Part shown: one piece after another, positions 27,920-39,613 of the stretch
How the letters are laid out: each line of letters begins with the position of its first letter
How positions within the stretch are numbered: position 1 is the stretch's first letter
Assembly: GCF_009914755.1 (NCBI RefSeq)
Contig: NC_060926.1
Direction: 5' to 3' (one strand)
DNA from: the human T2T-CHM13v2.0 reference genome, Homo sapiens
DNA: 64,000 nucleotides
Program-made: the position numbers and the translations under genes
Notes under the pieces: model-generated
Told to the model about the DNA's origin: nothing
The model's database searches: none
Seen by the model: the letters and a program-made list of their open reading frames with translations, nothing else

Positions 27920-28142
27920 GTCTCAGTGGAAGAGTAGAAGTCCGGGGAAAACTGCTTGGGTTGAGGGGTATCTTCATCCAGTGTTGTAATCTTCATATAA
28001 TTCAGTCTCTTCATCATCAGAAAGTTATGAAAAATCATCGTATCCACCTCATAGTTTTGTCATGAGGATTAAATGATTTGATATATGTAAAGCATTTAGA
28101 ATAGTATCTGGCATACCGTAGGTGCCTGATAAATATTAATTA
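27920..28142 (+). mobile_element. MIR SINE
   Basis: cacctcatagttttgtcatgaggattaaatga...atgtaaagcatttagaatagtatctggcata. Confidence 0.8.
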
Positions 28143-28765
28143 TTTTTAGGATGATGAGGGTGAAATGGACCTTGCTGCTGTTCATGCTACTTCATGTGTG
28201 TGCACTCAGGTAGGTGTAGTGCACACACATGAAATAACAGGGGCACCACTAAATGCTACATTTTGTTTAATCATCTGTAAGTGAAATAGGTGTTCAGAGG
28301 AGGGAGGGATGGCTTGGAGATGGCACAATCAGAGAAAATTCCCAAAGATGACCAGAGTAGTCATTCTCAAAAGTCCTTAGACTTTTTTGTTGGTTATGAT
28401 GAGGGCTTTCTCTTCGCTCCTTCCATTGCAGTGAGGCCTGTGGATAAAATATGATGCACACTCTGGTTCAAGACACACTCATATGGAGGCCAGGTGGCCA
28501 CCACCCCTTGGTCCTGAACGGGTTTGGAGTCCCTAACTAGAGGGGAGGTGTTACAATGCCAATTGTTGGGGAGAGTTCATGCAAGTAGCAGACAGATCTC
28601 CAAGAAGCGAAGTTCTGCCCTTCTAATGGGAAGACGGATGGAATATCTGTCAAAGGGTCCCTGTGGTTCCAGCAGCTGCCACATATGTGAAGTCTGTGTT
28701 CCTCCTACATCAACCAGGCCCGGGGAAGCCACCATCATTGCAAGAGGGTTTTCCTGTTCTCCCTG

Positions 28766-29151
28766 TGGTATGATTTGGATTTGTGTCCCTGCTCCAATCT
28801 CATGTTGAATTTCAATCCCCAGTGTTGGAGAAAGGGCCTGGTGGGAGGTGATTGGATCATGGGGGTGGATTTCCCCTTTGCTGTATTTGTGACAGTGAGT
28901 GAGTTCTCATAAGACCTGGTTGTTTAAAAGCGTGTGACACCTTCCCTTTCGCCCTCTTCCTCCTGCCTTGGCCATGTAAGATGTGGCAGCTTCCCCTTTG
29001 CCTTCTGCCATGATTGGAAGTTTCCTGAGGCCTCCCCAGACGCAGAAGCCTGTACAGCCTGCAGAACCATGAGCCAATTAAACCTCTTTTCTTTATAAAC
29101 GACCCAGTTTCAGGTATTTTTTTATAGCAGTGTGAGAACAGACCGAATACA
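28766..29151 (+). mobile_element. MSTA-type solo LTR with 5-bp TSD CCCTG
   Basis: aatctcatgttgaat...gggcctggtgggaggtgattggatcatgggg; gagccaattaaacctc; TSD 28761-28765 and 29152-29156. Confidence 0.92.
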
Positions 29152-29571
29152 CCCTGCTTTTACTCTTGACCCTATAACGTATTTTTTAGTATAGCCTAAA
29201 TTATTATTTATAAACATAAGTCAAATAACATGTCTTTGTGCAAAACCTTCCGTATATTCCCATCACCCCTGAGATGTGTAAGAAGCTCCTGTCCCTGGGC
29301 TCAGCTACCCTCTGCCCCCATCTATCATTCTTTCCTGCTCTGGGTGGCACACTCACTGTGGTTCCTTGTGCACCTTAGGGCACTTTGCTAGTGCTGTTTT
29401 CATGTCTCCTCTCACTTAGTTTAGGTTTAAATTCAGATATCATCTCCATGACCATCCTATCTAACATGGCTTTCCTTGTCACTCCATGGCCTCTAATGCT
29501 AATTCATTTTTTCTTCCTGCCACTTATTACTACCAGTCACTGAGCAAAAGAATCTATTTTGTGTCATGCAC

Positions 29572-30162
29572 TGTAAATCAGAAAATGACCAAAGCAAGTA
29601 GCATTCACTTTAAGAGGTTTACTTGCCAAAGTTAAGGATGCGTGCCTGGAAGATAAGTCTATGGCTTTCTCCAAAGATGATTTTGAGGGCTTCAATATTT
29701 AAAGAGAAAAATGTGGATACTGGGGAAATACACAATTTTCATGTGAGAGGTGATAGGGAAAATGGTCATTCATGCCTTTGTCTGGCTCAGGGAATCTGAA
29801 TATTTATATAAGGTAATGTAGACAATGACAATAGGGCAGAGGAAACAATCAGATATGCATTTGTCTCAGGTTAGCAGAAGGATGACTCTGAGTTCTGTCC
29901 TCTGTCCCCGCACCTGTGAAGATAAGCTATCAATTTACATTGCCATGGTGAACGTTAGTAGAAATGCTTTAGGGTAAAGATCTTGAGGGCCACCAGGAAT
30001 TTCCCTGTGGGCAAAATGTGGGGGAGGTATGTAGCTTTTTATCTTTGTAGCCATGTTATTTAGGAATCAAATGGGAGGCAAGTTTGCCTGACCCAGTTTC
30101 CAGCTTGACTTTTCCATTCGGCTTAGTGAGTTTGGGGTCCCAAGATTTACTTTCCTTTCACA
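29572..30162 (-). mobile_element. MER4A1-type ERV1 solo LTR with 4-bp TSD GCAC
   Basis: Reverse strand starts TGTGAAAGGAAAGTAAATCTTGGGACCCCAAACTCACTAAGCC; TG...CA ends; TSD 29568-29571 and 30163-30166. Confidence 0.9.
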
Positions 30163-30402
30163 GCACAGAAATGAAAAACAAAATGTCTTTCAATCCAGAA
30201 AGAAGAATAGTAAGACTTCTCTTTGGACCAATCATGGATATTAACTAATTAGTGTTTGTCAAGAGCAGGACATGAAATCAGCACAGAAATGTAGAATCAG
30301 AGACTGGCAGTGGGGAGCAGCCAGCAGTGTGAATCTACCACTGACCAGGGAAGGGACTTTCTGCAGACAGAGTAACATGCTGATTAAGAGTTTGGCTTCT
30401 GG

Positions 30403-30702
30403 GGATGGGCATGGTGGCTCATGCCTGTAATCCCAGCACTTTGGGAGGCCGAGGTGGGAGGATCTTTTGAGGTCAGGAGTTTGAAACTAGCCTGGCCAAC
30501 ATGGTGAAACCCCATCTCTACTAAAAATACAAAAATTAGCTGGGCGTGGTGGTGGGTGCCTGTAATCCCAGCTACTTGGGAGGCTGAGGCAGGAGAATCA
30601 CTTGAGCCAGGGAGGCGGAGGTTGCAGTGAGCAGAGATTTCAGTGAGAGAGGTTGCAATGAGCAGCCTGGGCAACAGTGAGACTGTCTCCAAAAAAATAA
30701 AA
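30403..30702 (+). mobile_element. AluS (Sx/Sz) with 17-bp TSD, inserted in a MIR
   Basis: TSD AAGAGTTTGGCTTCTGG at 30386-30402 and 30703-30719. Confidence 0.93.
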
Positions 30703-30935
30703 AAGAGTTTGGCTTCTGGAAACCAGCCGATAAGAGTTCTCACTGTGGGGCTGCCTTTTATTAACTGTGAATACTGAGGAAGGCACTTCACCTGTCTGTG
30801 TCTTGATCTGTAAAACGAGAATAATAATATCATCTACTTCATACCATTGTTGAAAAGACTAAAAAATGTTAATGTGCAAAAAATACTTAGTACAATGCTT
30901 AACATAAAGTAACTGTGTAATAAAAGTCAGCTATA
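30703..30935 (+). mobile_element. MIR SINE (continuation from ~30370)
   Basis: aactgtgaatactgaggaaggcacttcacctgtctgtg...atctgtaaaacgagaataataat. Confidence 0.75.
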
Positions 30936-31596
30936 CTCATTATTTTATTATCCATTTTTATATGAAACAAATCTAAGAAGGTGGCTGTCCCAGACTTTCA
31001 TAACATAATAACTGAACTGCCAACTGTCTTCCCTCCTTTAGTTTCCAGTCTCACTAAGGCAATTTCTGATTTCACTTCCTGTATAGCTCAGCCTACAGAA
31101 AATAAATTCACATTCACACTGAAATGGACATTCCAGCTTCTGTGGCACAGGTTTTCTATGAAAAACGAACATACTTAGATTATGGTTTGGGTATGAAGAA
31201 TTGAGTCAGCATGATTTTCTCTTCTGAGATAAAACAATTCTAGGCGCAAAGACTAGACTGGATTCCTGAATCAAAATCCCCTGAGAATGATGATTCATGA
31301 AGGTAACAGCAATGGGTGGAGTTTCTTCTGCTCAGTCAGTGGTGCCCCTTCCCATATCCACCTGGAACCCACTGATGATTCCCTGGGAGAGTCCCAGGGT
31401 AAATGGGAAGTGGTAACATTGCACTTGGTTGCTTGGGATCTGTTAGTGCCAATAGGACTGGATACAGACATCTTTGCTTGCCATTCTTTCTGACAAAGCA
31501 CTGACAAAGGTATTCATCTGACTGATATACACCAAATCTGTGTATAATCCTCGTTGTTAAATGGAAACCAAAACCAGCTAGGGCATAGGTAGCCTT

Positions 31597-32066
31597 CTAT
31601 GGATTGAATTTTTTCCCTTATAAAGATATGTGGATGTCCTAACCACCAATGCCTTAGAATGTGATTGTATTTGAAAATAGGATTATTGTAGATATAATTA
31701 GTTAAGAGGAGGTCATAACAGAGTAGGATTGACCCTTAATCCAATATGACTAATGTCCTTTTAAGAAGAGGAAACACAAAGAGGAGCACGCCATGTGTAA
31801 ACTCAGACACACAGAGGGAAGACAACCATAGACAATGGAGGCAGAGACTGGACTGATGCAGCAGTACACCAAGGAACACCAAGTACTGCCACCCGACACC
31901 AGAGGGAGAAGGTGGAAGGAAGGATTCTCATCTTTAGGTTTCAGAGGAATCATAGCCCTGGTGATACCCTGATATCTGCCCTCCAGAACTATGAGGCAAT
32001 AAATTTCTGTTGTTTCAATTCACCCAGTTTGTGGTATTTTGTTATGACAGTCCCAGGGAACCAACA
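31597..32066 (+). mobile_element. MLT1B/C-type solo LTR
   Basis: tatggattgaatt, cccttaatccaatatgactaatgtcctt, ggaggcagagactgga, caataaatttctgttgttt. Confidence 0.88.
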
Positions 32067-33559
32067 CCCGGCCGTGCCACCCAACAGCAGCCATTAGCAT
32101 CCTTTGGTCCACACTGACCCTACAGTTTCTTAAGGGACTATTCTATGTTAAACATGTGTTTGACATGAGGTTGGAAAAAGGCAATGCTCACCTTAGGCAT
32201 TAAATACAAACAAGTGAGAATATTTTGTGAGACTCCAGATAATGTCTTCTATGTGAAGATGCCTATTTCTATTATTAGTATATGAGCTCAGATTAGCTAA
32301 CTGCATTTTCCTGTTGAAAGAAAGACCCAAGGCATGATTTAATTAGTCAATCTCTTGCAAATTGATGGTTTAGGAGAGAATGGCTGTAGCAAGATATCCT
32401 TGTAGCATTTTCATCCCTCATTGATTCTGCTCTGGTAGGCACATGCAATTCCACATCAAGAAAGAGAAGAGTATGCTGAGGACGCATCATTTTATAACGC
32501 TGGAAAGCAGATTTATAGAGATTCCTGTAGACTTTGAAGGCCAGCCCAAATTATAAAAGTGCTAGTCTTCTTCCAAGTTTTTTTTTTAATTTTTTTTAGG
32601 AAGAACTCAATCCATACAACAATGAGAAATTTATTATGTCAGTTATCCTAGTGTTAGTAAAATGAGATATGTTCATTATAGTCTGATCAAATACCGCATC
32701 TGGTAGTAGTAGAACTCTTTATTCAGACATTTCTGCTTGAATGGATCAGTTATTAGCCAAGAAATAAACTGGCTGATCCCATGAAAGTATTTATAGTGAG
32801 GGTGGTGCAGTTGTAAAATCAAGGGTGCCATAAATTTTGTGCCCGGTAGCTCTTCAAACAGACATGCATGTTCTATATGGATGGCTGTGCATTTCAATTG
32901 CATAAGAAACCCACTGTCACCATCTCTCTTTGTGTATGTTACTGTGGAAGCAAGCAAAGCCCAAGGCTATTGGCAGAGCTGATAACTTTTTTTTTTTTTT
33001 TTTAACATGATTACCACTGCTTTTGGATTAGGTAAACTGTGAGGAACCAGAAGCAGGGCTTTTCAGCTTGAAAGCTGGTGCATTTGCCAAATGAGTGATT
33101 TTGAAAATTGGCCTCCCTTTGCTGAAACATGCTTTTTTACATTCTAAGAAACCTCCGGCATTAAAGACAAATGTTGTGTTCAGGACACAGGAATCAAATT
33201 GAACACTATGCATCTGATTTTTTTAAAAATTTTCTTTTGTGGAGTGAAGACTAGCCAAATAGGGCCTTCATTTTTACTCCATCATGCTTTTCAGTGGCTT
33301 CATATTGAAGGCCCTGGGGGAACCACACAATCTGTCAATGGCCAGGATATTAGAACAGTACTCTGTGAACCCTATTTATGGTGGCAACCCTTAGACTAAG
33401 ATAACACAGGGAGCAAGAGGTTGACAGGAAAGCCAGGGGAGCAGGGAAGCCTCCTGTAAAGAGAGAAGTGCTAAGTCTCCTTTCTAAGGCACATGATGGA
33501 TTCAAGGGAAAGCCACATTTGACTAAAGCCCAAGGGATTGTTGCTTCTAATCCGATTTC

Positions 33560-34360
33560 TTGGCAGAAGATATTACAAACTAAGAGTCAGATTAATATGT
33601 GGGTGCCAAAATAAATAAACAAATAATTGAATAATCCCTGGAGGTTTAAGTGAGGAGAAACTCCTCCACAGCTTGCTACCGAGGCAGAACCGGTTGAAAC
33701 TGAAATGCATCCGCCGCCAGAGGATCTGTAAAAGAGAGGTTGTTACGAAACTGGCAACTGCCAACCAAAGTCCACCAATGGACAAGCAAAAAAGAGCACT
33801 CATCTCATGCTCCCAAGGATCAACCTTCCCAGAGTTTTCACTTAAGTGGCCACCAAGCCAGTTGTCAATCCAGGGCTTTGGACTGAAATCTAGGGCTTCA
33901 TCCGCTACCTCAGAGTGTCTTCTATTTCTTCCAGCCAGTGACAAATACAACAAACATCTGAGATGTTTTAGCTATAAATCCTTTACAATTGTTATTTATG
34001 TCTTAACTTTTGTTATACCTGGAAAAGTAGGGGAAACAATAAGAACATACTGTCTTGGCCAAGCATCCAAGGTTAAATGAGTTATGGAAATTCATTTGGG
34101 AGCCAAGACATTGCACGTGGTTATTTATTAGTCACCCAAGCATGTATTTTGCATGTCCATCAGTTGTTCTTGGCCAAAAGAGCAGAATCAATGAGCCGCT
34201 GCAGATGCAGACATAGCAGCCCCTTGCAGGGACAAGTCTGCAAGATGAGCATTGAAGAGGATGCACAAGCCCGGTAGCCCGGGAAATGGCAGGCACTTAC
34301 AAGAGCCCAGGTTGTTGCCATGTTTGTTTTTGCAACTTGTCTATTTAAAGAGATTTGAGA
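33560..34360. promoter_or_regulatory. Candidate distal enhancer core (motif cluster in repeat-free island)
   Basis: AATAAACAAATA (FOX, ~33613), AACCGGTT (GRHL, 33688), GTTACGAAAC (C/EBP-like, 33742), CAAAGTCCA (HNF4, 33766), CACTTAAGTG (NKX, 33839), AACAAT (SOX, 34035), AGAACAtacTGTCTT (ARE/GRE-like, 34042), CACGTG (34114); motif presence only, no activity data. Confidence 0.4.
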
Positions 34361-34729
34361 AAGAAATACCTAAGCCATTTCCTTATTATATGATAATGGA
34401 GTATGGTTCTGTAGCAATTTTGGGGAGGGAAATTTTTTTTAAAAATGGGTCAGCTGAAATATCACCTAATTGTATAGGAAGATGAGGCACTTGGCTATTG
34501 GTTCACATACCTGGCAAATACATGTTGGCATGGAACTCTCCACTTCTTTCTTGCAGCAATAAGGTATTAAGCTCAACACGGCATCAGAGCTATGTATAGA
34601 GGGATTTGTACTCCCCTCCTCTGTCTGTGTTTGCCAAGGGATCTATTAATCCTAATTTTCCTCCTTTTTCTCTTTCCAGAGTCTTCTCCATCTTCCTGAC
34701 ACTTTTTCATTTGCAGTCCAGCTCACCCA

Positions 34730-35335
34730 TTGTGGTGGTTTTAAAAATATATTTCTACATTTTAAGATACTCTTGTTTCAAGAGGTAGAGTTTAATTTCC
34801 CTCTTCTTGAGTGTGGGATGGACTTGTTTCTAGCAAAATAAGGAGGAACGATTGTGTCTGACTTTGGAGATAGGTCGTAAAAGTTTCATCAGCTTCCTGC
34901 TTGATCTCCCTCTGGTATGTGCTTGTCTCTGCATCTCTTCCATCTCTGTCTGTCTGTCTCTCTCTTTTCTCTCTCTTTTTTTTCTCTCTCTGTCTGCCTT
35001 TCTCTTTCTGCCTTTCTGTTTCACTTACTTTCTTTGTCTCACTCTCCTGCTCTCTCTTTCTCTCCCATTTTTATCACTTGATTCATGGAAGACAGTTGCC
35101 CTGTGGAGAGGCTCACATGACAAACAACTGAGGCCTCCAGCCTCCAGCCATATGAATTAGCTCCTTGGAATCACAGATAAAGCCTTCACAGGACTGCTTG
35201 ACTCAGCCTGTGAAAGACTCTGGGCCAGAGCACCTGCTAAGTCACTCCCTGACTCTTGGCCCTCAGGCATTGTGTGTTGTTTTAAGCTGCTAAGATTTGG
35301 GGTAATTGGTTATGGGGCTTTAGGTAACCAGTATG
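34730..35335 (+). mobile_element. MLT1F/G/H-type LTR with internal CT-rich tract (~34925-35070)
   Basis: tgtggtggtttt start; ccctgtggagaggctcacatg...aactgaggcctccagc; tttaagctgctaagatttggggtaatt. Confidence 0.75.
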
Positions 35336-35369
35336 TCCTGCACTTGTCTTTTCACATAATTTTACTACC

Positions 35370-36010
35370 CCTCTGACAGGATAGCTCTTGTCTAGATCAC
35401 CAATAGATCTACCCTGGCCCCTGAATCTGTAAATGAAGCTCCAATGATTGAGCTCCTGAAACCAGAATTCAGTATTCTCATCAATACCAAAAAGATTGGC
35501 TCAAAAACCTTAGCTTGTCCTTCTTGCACTTGCTGTACTTCCTAGGAACAACTTATCTGCTACCTTATCTCAAGCAAACGTTCTTTAGAGGAAGTATAGG
35601 AATCTGTAAGGGGTTTTGTAAGAAGAATGGGCCTTGCTTGCTGGGAGCTGAGATGCTATTTCATTTCATGGCTGTAACACCTGCAGTTCATTTTAACTTC
35701 CCTTCTTTCTTCCTGGCTACTGCCAAGCCTCTAGTCAACCCACTGCCAAGTCTGACCCATTCTGCCTCCATGGTAGCTCCCACATTGGTCCTCTCCTATC
35801 CATTGCTGTGTCTTTAGTTTATACCTTCATTCCTCTCACCAATAATTTTTGCAGGGCATCTTTAATCATAGCACTTCCCTCTTCTCTTCAATTCCTCATG
35901 CACAGAGCTGATACTTACCTCCTGAAAGTAAAACCATGGATTATGTGACTTTCACAGGCATTCATTTTATTCCAAATTGCCCACAGTTAAGATCTAGTTC
36001 TTTATCTGAA
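35370..36010 (+). mobile_element. L2 fragments
   Basis: Pyrimidine-rich degenerate L2 body motifs. Confidence 0.4.
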
Positions 36011-36825
36011 GCAGGGGATTTTCTCTTCACATGAACTCTGAGTTTCTTTATCTAGAGACCTCACCCATTTCACATAGAATTTCTCTGTACTCCCATCCCA
36101 GCATGTCTAAATTCTTTCTTCAGACTAAATGTTTGTTGTATTCAGCAGCTAAATTTTGTAGTAACTCATTGTTGTATGGCTATAGGTAAATAGTCCACTT
36201 TCAAACTTGTCTTTTAACAGAGCTTCACTGTCCCTTTCGTAATTCTTAAGTTTATATTAATAAGAATCCCATAAACAATTATAACTTATACCCTATGGCT
36301 CTTAAAAAATGACGAGCAACATAATTCTTTGTTACTGTATCTCAGATATATGACTGTAGGGAAATCATTAAAATATATTAGTCTCAGATCCGCAAAATCA
36401 GATTTTTGAATTATGGTTACTGAGGTCCTCGGTCCTTTCTAACTTTCATATATTCCAATCCTATGTGTTTCCAACAGTGCCAAGTGCAAAGGAAACCAAT
36501 TAAAAATGTCAAATATTTGAAACCTTATCAGCCAATCAATGAGCATTTATTGAGTGACTACTATGTGTCCAGAATTTTGCCCACAGGCAATGAATCTTAA
36601 AGCTCCCTCATGTGTCATAGATCATTTTGCTGAAGCTATTGATATTTTAAAATTTCCCCATATGTCTTCCATTTTTTACAGCTATTTTTATACGATAATA
36701 CTTTAAATAAATGCTGTTTAGAGAGAGGAAAAAGCATCCATACAAAGGCTGTGCACATGTGTTATTGGTTGTTGGTGGTTGTGGAAAAGTAGCTGGATAT
36801 GGGAGATTGACGAAGTCTATTAGGT

Positions 36826-37347
36826 AGGGCTGACCTCATGGGCATGCAATCTGGGCAGTCACACAAGTACCCAGGCCCAGAAGGAAACCACACTTAGATC
36901 AATGCTCTGCTGTTGCTGATATTGAAATTCATAATAAGAACAAGAGACCCAGATTTTCAGACACACTCAGCTCCTGCTATGGTCTGAATGTTTACATCCC
37001 CCAAAACACATATGTTGAAATTCGAATCCCCATAATGTTGGTGTTAGGAGGTAAGGCCTTTGGGAGGTGATTAAGGCATCAGGGCAGAGTCTTAACGGAT
37101 AGGATTAGAGCCCCTAGAAAAGAGGCTCCAGAGAGCCCCCTTTCCCCTTTCATCACACAAGGACACAGCAAGAAGATGCCTCCTCAGACACTGGATTGGC
37201 TGGCACCTTGATCTTGGACTCCCCTGCCTCCAGAATGATGAGAAGTAAATTTCTGCTGTTTATAACCCACCCAGCTCATGGGCTTTTGTTATAGCAGCTG
37301 AATGGACTAAGACAGCCTCACAAATTATGTACCCAGTCATGTCCTCA
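36826..37347 (+). mobile_element. MER91A-type DNA transposon split by MLT1A
   Basis: agggctgacctcatgggcatgcaatctgggcagtcacac...aatgctctgctgttgc...ttgaaattc; resumes cctcacaaattatgta. Confidence 0.75.
36975..37313 (+). mobile_element. MLT1A-type solo LTR
   Basis: tgctatggtctgaatgttt start; ttgttatagcagctgaatggactaagaca end. Confidence 0.9.
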
Positions 37348-37409
37348 AGTGATTCAGATATGCTCCTCACTCCCTCCCCTGCTGGTTAACAATTAGGAGA
37401 GAGGAAGAT

Positions 37410-38330
37410 GTTGTCCTGGGTTTGCTGTCAGAAGCAGACCCTGAGATAAGAGTTTCTGTGTCAATGATTTATAAAGAAATTGCTTCCAAGGGAAACAAAT
37501 GAGGAATTGGGGGAGGGGGGGAAGAGAGGAAGGGGAAAGAAACAAGGCCAGCGTGTAATTTCAGGCAAAGTGCCCAGAGGGTTGCTTCAGTCCAGCCCAG
37601 AAGGGAGTGCGAGTGTAAGCTGTGCTCCTGGTGTTTGAACCTGAGGTGAGGCAGTTGAGCTTCTGTGTTCCCCTATGCTTGGATGCAGGAATTGGGAGTG
37701 GGTGTGGGGCCCTCCAAGAATGTCCCCTTTCCTGCACCAGTAGTTAACGAGACTCCATGATATAGTTTAAATGTTTGACGCTTCCAAATCTCATGTTGGA
37801 ATTTATTCCCTGATGTTAGAGGTGAGACATAATGGAAGGTGTTTGGTCATGGGGATGGATGCCTCATGAACAGATTAATGTCCTCTGAAAACACTGAGTG
37901 AGTTCTTGCTTTATTAGTTCCCATGGGAGCTGGTTGTTATAAGAGCCTGCACCTCCCCCTTCTCTGTCTTGCTTCCTATCTCTCTACATGTGGTCTCTGC
38001 ACATGCAGGCTCCCCTCCCTCTTCCACCATGACTGGAAGCTTGCTGAGGACCTCATCAGAAGCAGATGGTGACCCTGTGCTTTTTGGATAACCTGCAGAA
38101 TTACGAGCCAAATAAATCTCTTAAATTTGTAAATTACCCAGCCTCAGGTATTCCTTTATAGCAGCATAAAGGTATTAAGGCCCTCGGTAGCTAAGGGCAG
38201 TCCTCAGTAAAGAGTTGCAGGTACAGACCTTGCATTCAGAAACACCCTGAAGCTGGGAACGGCAAATACTAAAGCAGTGAGAGGGACTTAAGAGAGTCTG
38301 TGCAGGGCACTGGCAGTGTTGGTCACAGTG
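37410..38330 (-). mobile_element. Old ERVL-type LTR (LTR16/LTR33-like) split by an MST LTR
   Basis: cagaagcagaccctgagataagagtt...; resumes agggcagtcctcag after 38182. Confidence 0.5.
37758..38182 (+). mobile_element. MSTB/C-type solo LTR
   Basis: tgatatagttt...aaatctcatgttg; gagccaaataaatctc...aattacccagcctcaggtattcctttatagca. Confidence 0.88.
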
Positions 38331-39404
38331 GCTAAGCACCCTGAAACCCATGAACGATGTATGCTATTCCTGAGAAAACTTAGCTGAAACTTCCGGTCTA
38401 GCACTCCCCAAAACCTTTAAGCAATGACGAAGAAGAAACAGATGTAGCATGTTAAGTAATTCTTTACTTTTTGCCAGGTATTGTGCTACGCACTATGAAA
38501 AATACCCAGAAGGATGAGACACGACTTCTGTTGTACTCAAAAAAGAAAAGGAAGAAGTAAGGGATACAGACATCCATTTTAAATGAAATATTTAATATGA
38601 GCCAAACACTGGCACTAAACACTAAGGTTACAAGTGTGGTGTCGTTTGGTACTTGCTCTTAGAAATCAATGGTGTTGAGAATGAGCATCTGGCTGACTGA
38701 CAGGTGAACAACCCAGCCATTAAGGTTTTTAGGAGAAACTCACAGGATCCATTCTGATAAAAGAGGAGAATATTTGTGTCTTTGTGTGCTCTTTGATGAG
38801 GTTGGACTGAATTTCTAAGGGGCATTTCAGGTAGATAAATATTAGCCAAAATATAGAGGCTTCCAGTCATTTTTCTACCAACTTTGTGGAGTAAGGTGCT
38901 GGTGAGGAAATTATAAGGAAGGCAGACCAGACATTTGCTCTTATGGATCTTACATTCTTATGGTGAGAAGCTGACAAATATGCAGAGAAATGTCAAAATA
39001 TGACACTGAGGGACAGAGATGTTTGCTAGGAACATCTCATGCCAATGAGTGAGAGAGCACACTACATTCCACTCTCTGCAAGTAGCTTGAGGAAGCTATG
39101 AAGCTGGACAGGTAGAACCACAAGAGAAGACACTGTGAATCAATAAAAGGGACTTTATGATATTCTCTTGTGAGGTACGAAGAGCCAGTGAAGAATTTTC
39201 AATACTAGAAGGACACAGTCACACTGATATTTTAGATGCATTGGTCTTGCACTGTTAGTCTATTTGGGGAAAACGCTTAGCTGTTATAGGCTTATCTGTA
39301 ATATGTGGTTGCACCAGTGAATCTCCGTGGCTCCTTTCATCTCTCCTATTTTAAGAGTCTCAGTTATGTAAGTTGAGGAGGCTTAGCCAGAGGAGTCTCT
39401 ATAA

Positions 39405-39613
39405 ACTCGTTACTCTAAAACTGGGGGGATCTCTTCTCTCCCAGTGGAGATTAGGCAATGTATGGAGATACTTTTGATTGCCATGAGATTGTTACTGGTA
39501 TCTAGTGGGTAGAAATCAAAGATACTGCTAAACATTTTACAATGCACATGCAGCCCGCAAAACCAAGAATTATCTGATTCATGATGTCAGTAGTGCAATG
39601 CTGAGAAATGCTG
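39405..39613 (+). mobile_element. MER20 hAT MITE
   Basis: ggcaatgtatggagatacttttgattg...tactggtatctagtgggtaga...tgctaaacattttacaatgcaca...aagaattatctg. Confidence 0.85.

Noticed and set aside
34138-34158. Full p53/p63 response element (AAGCATGTAT-T-TTGCATGTCC)
   Set aside because: Three mismatches and a 1-nt spacer; too weak to call alone
33573-34485. Overlapping ORFs (126, 135, 66, 77 aa) in the unique island
   Set aside because: No known motifs, several depend on non-ATG starts, overlapping on both strands; regulatory or non-coding interpretation preferred, though a micropeptide cannot be excluded
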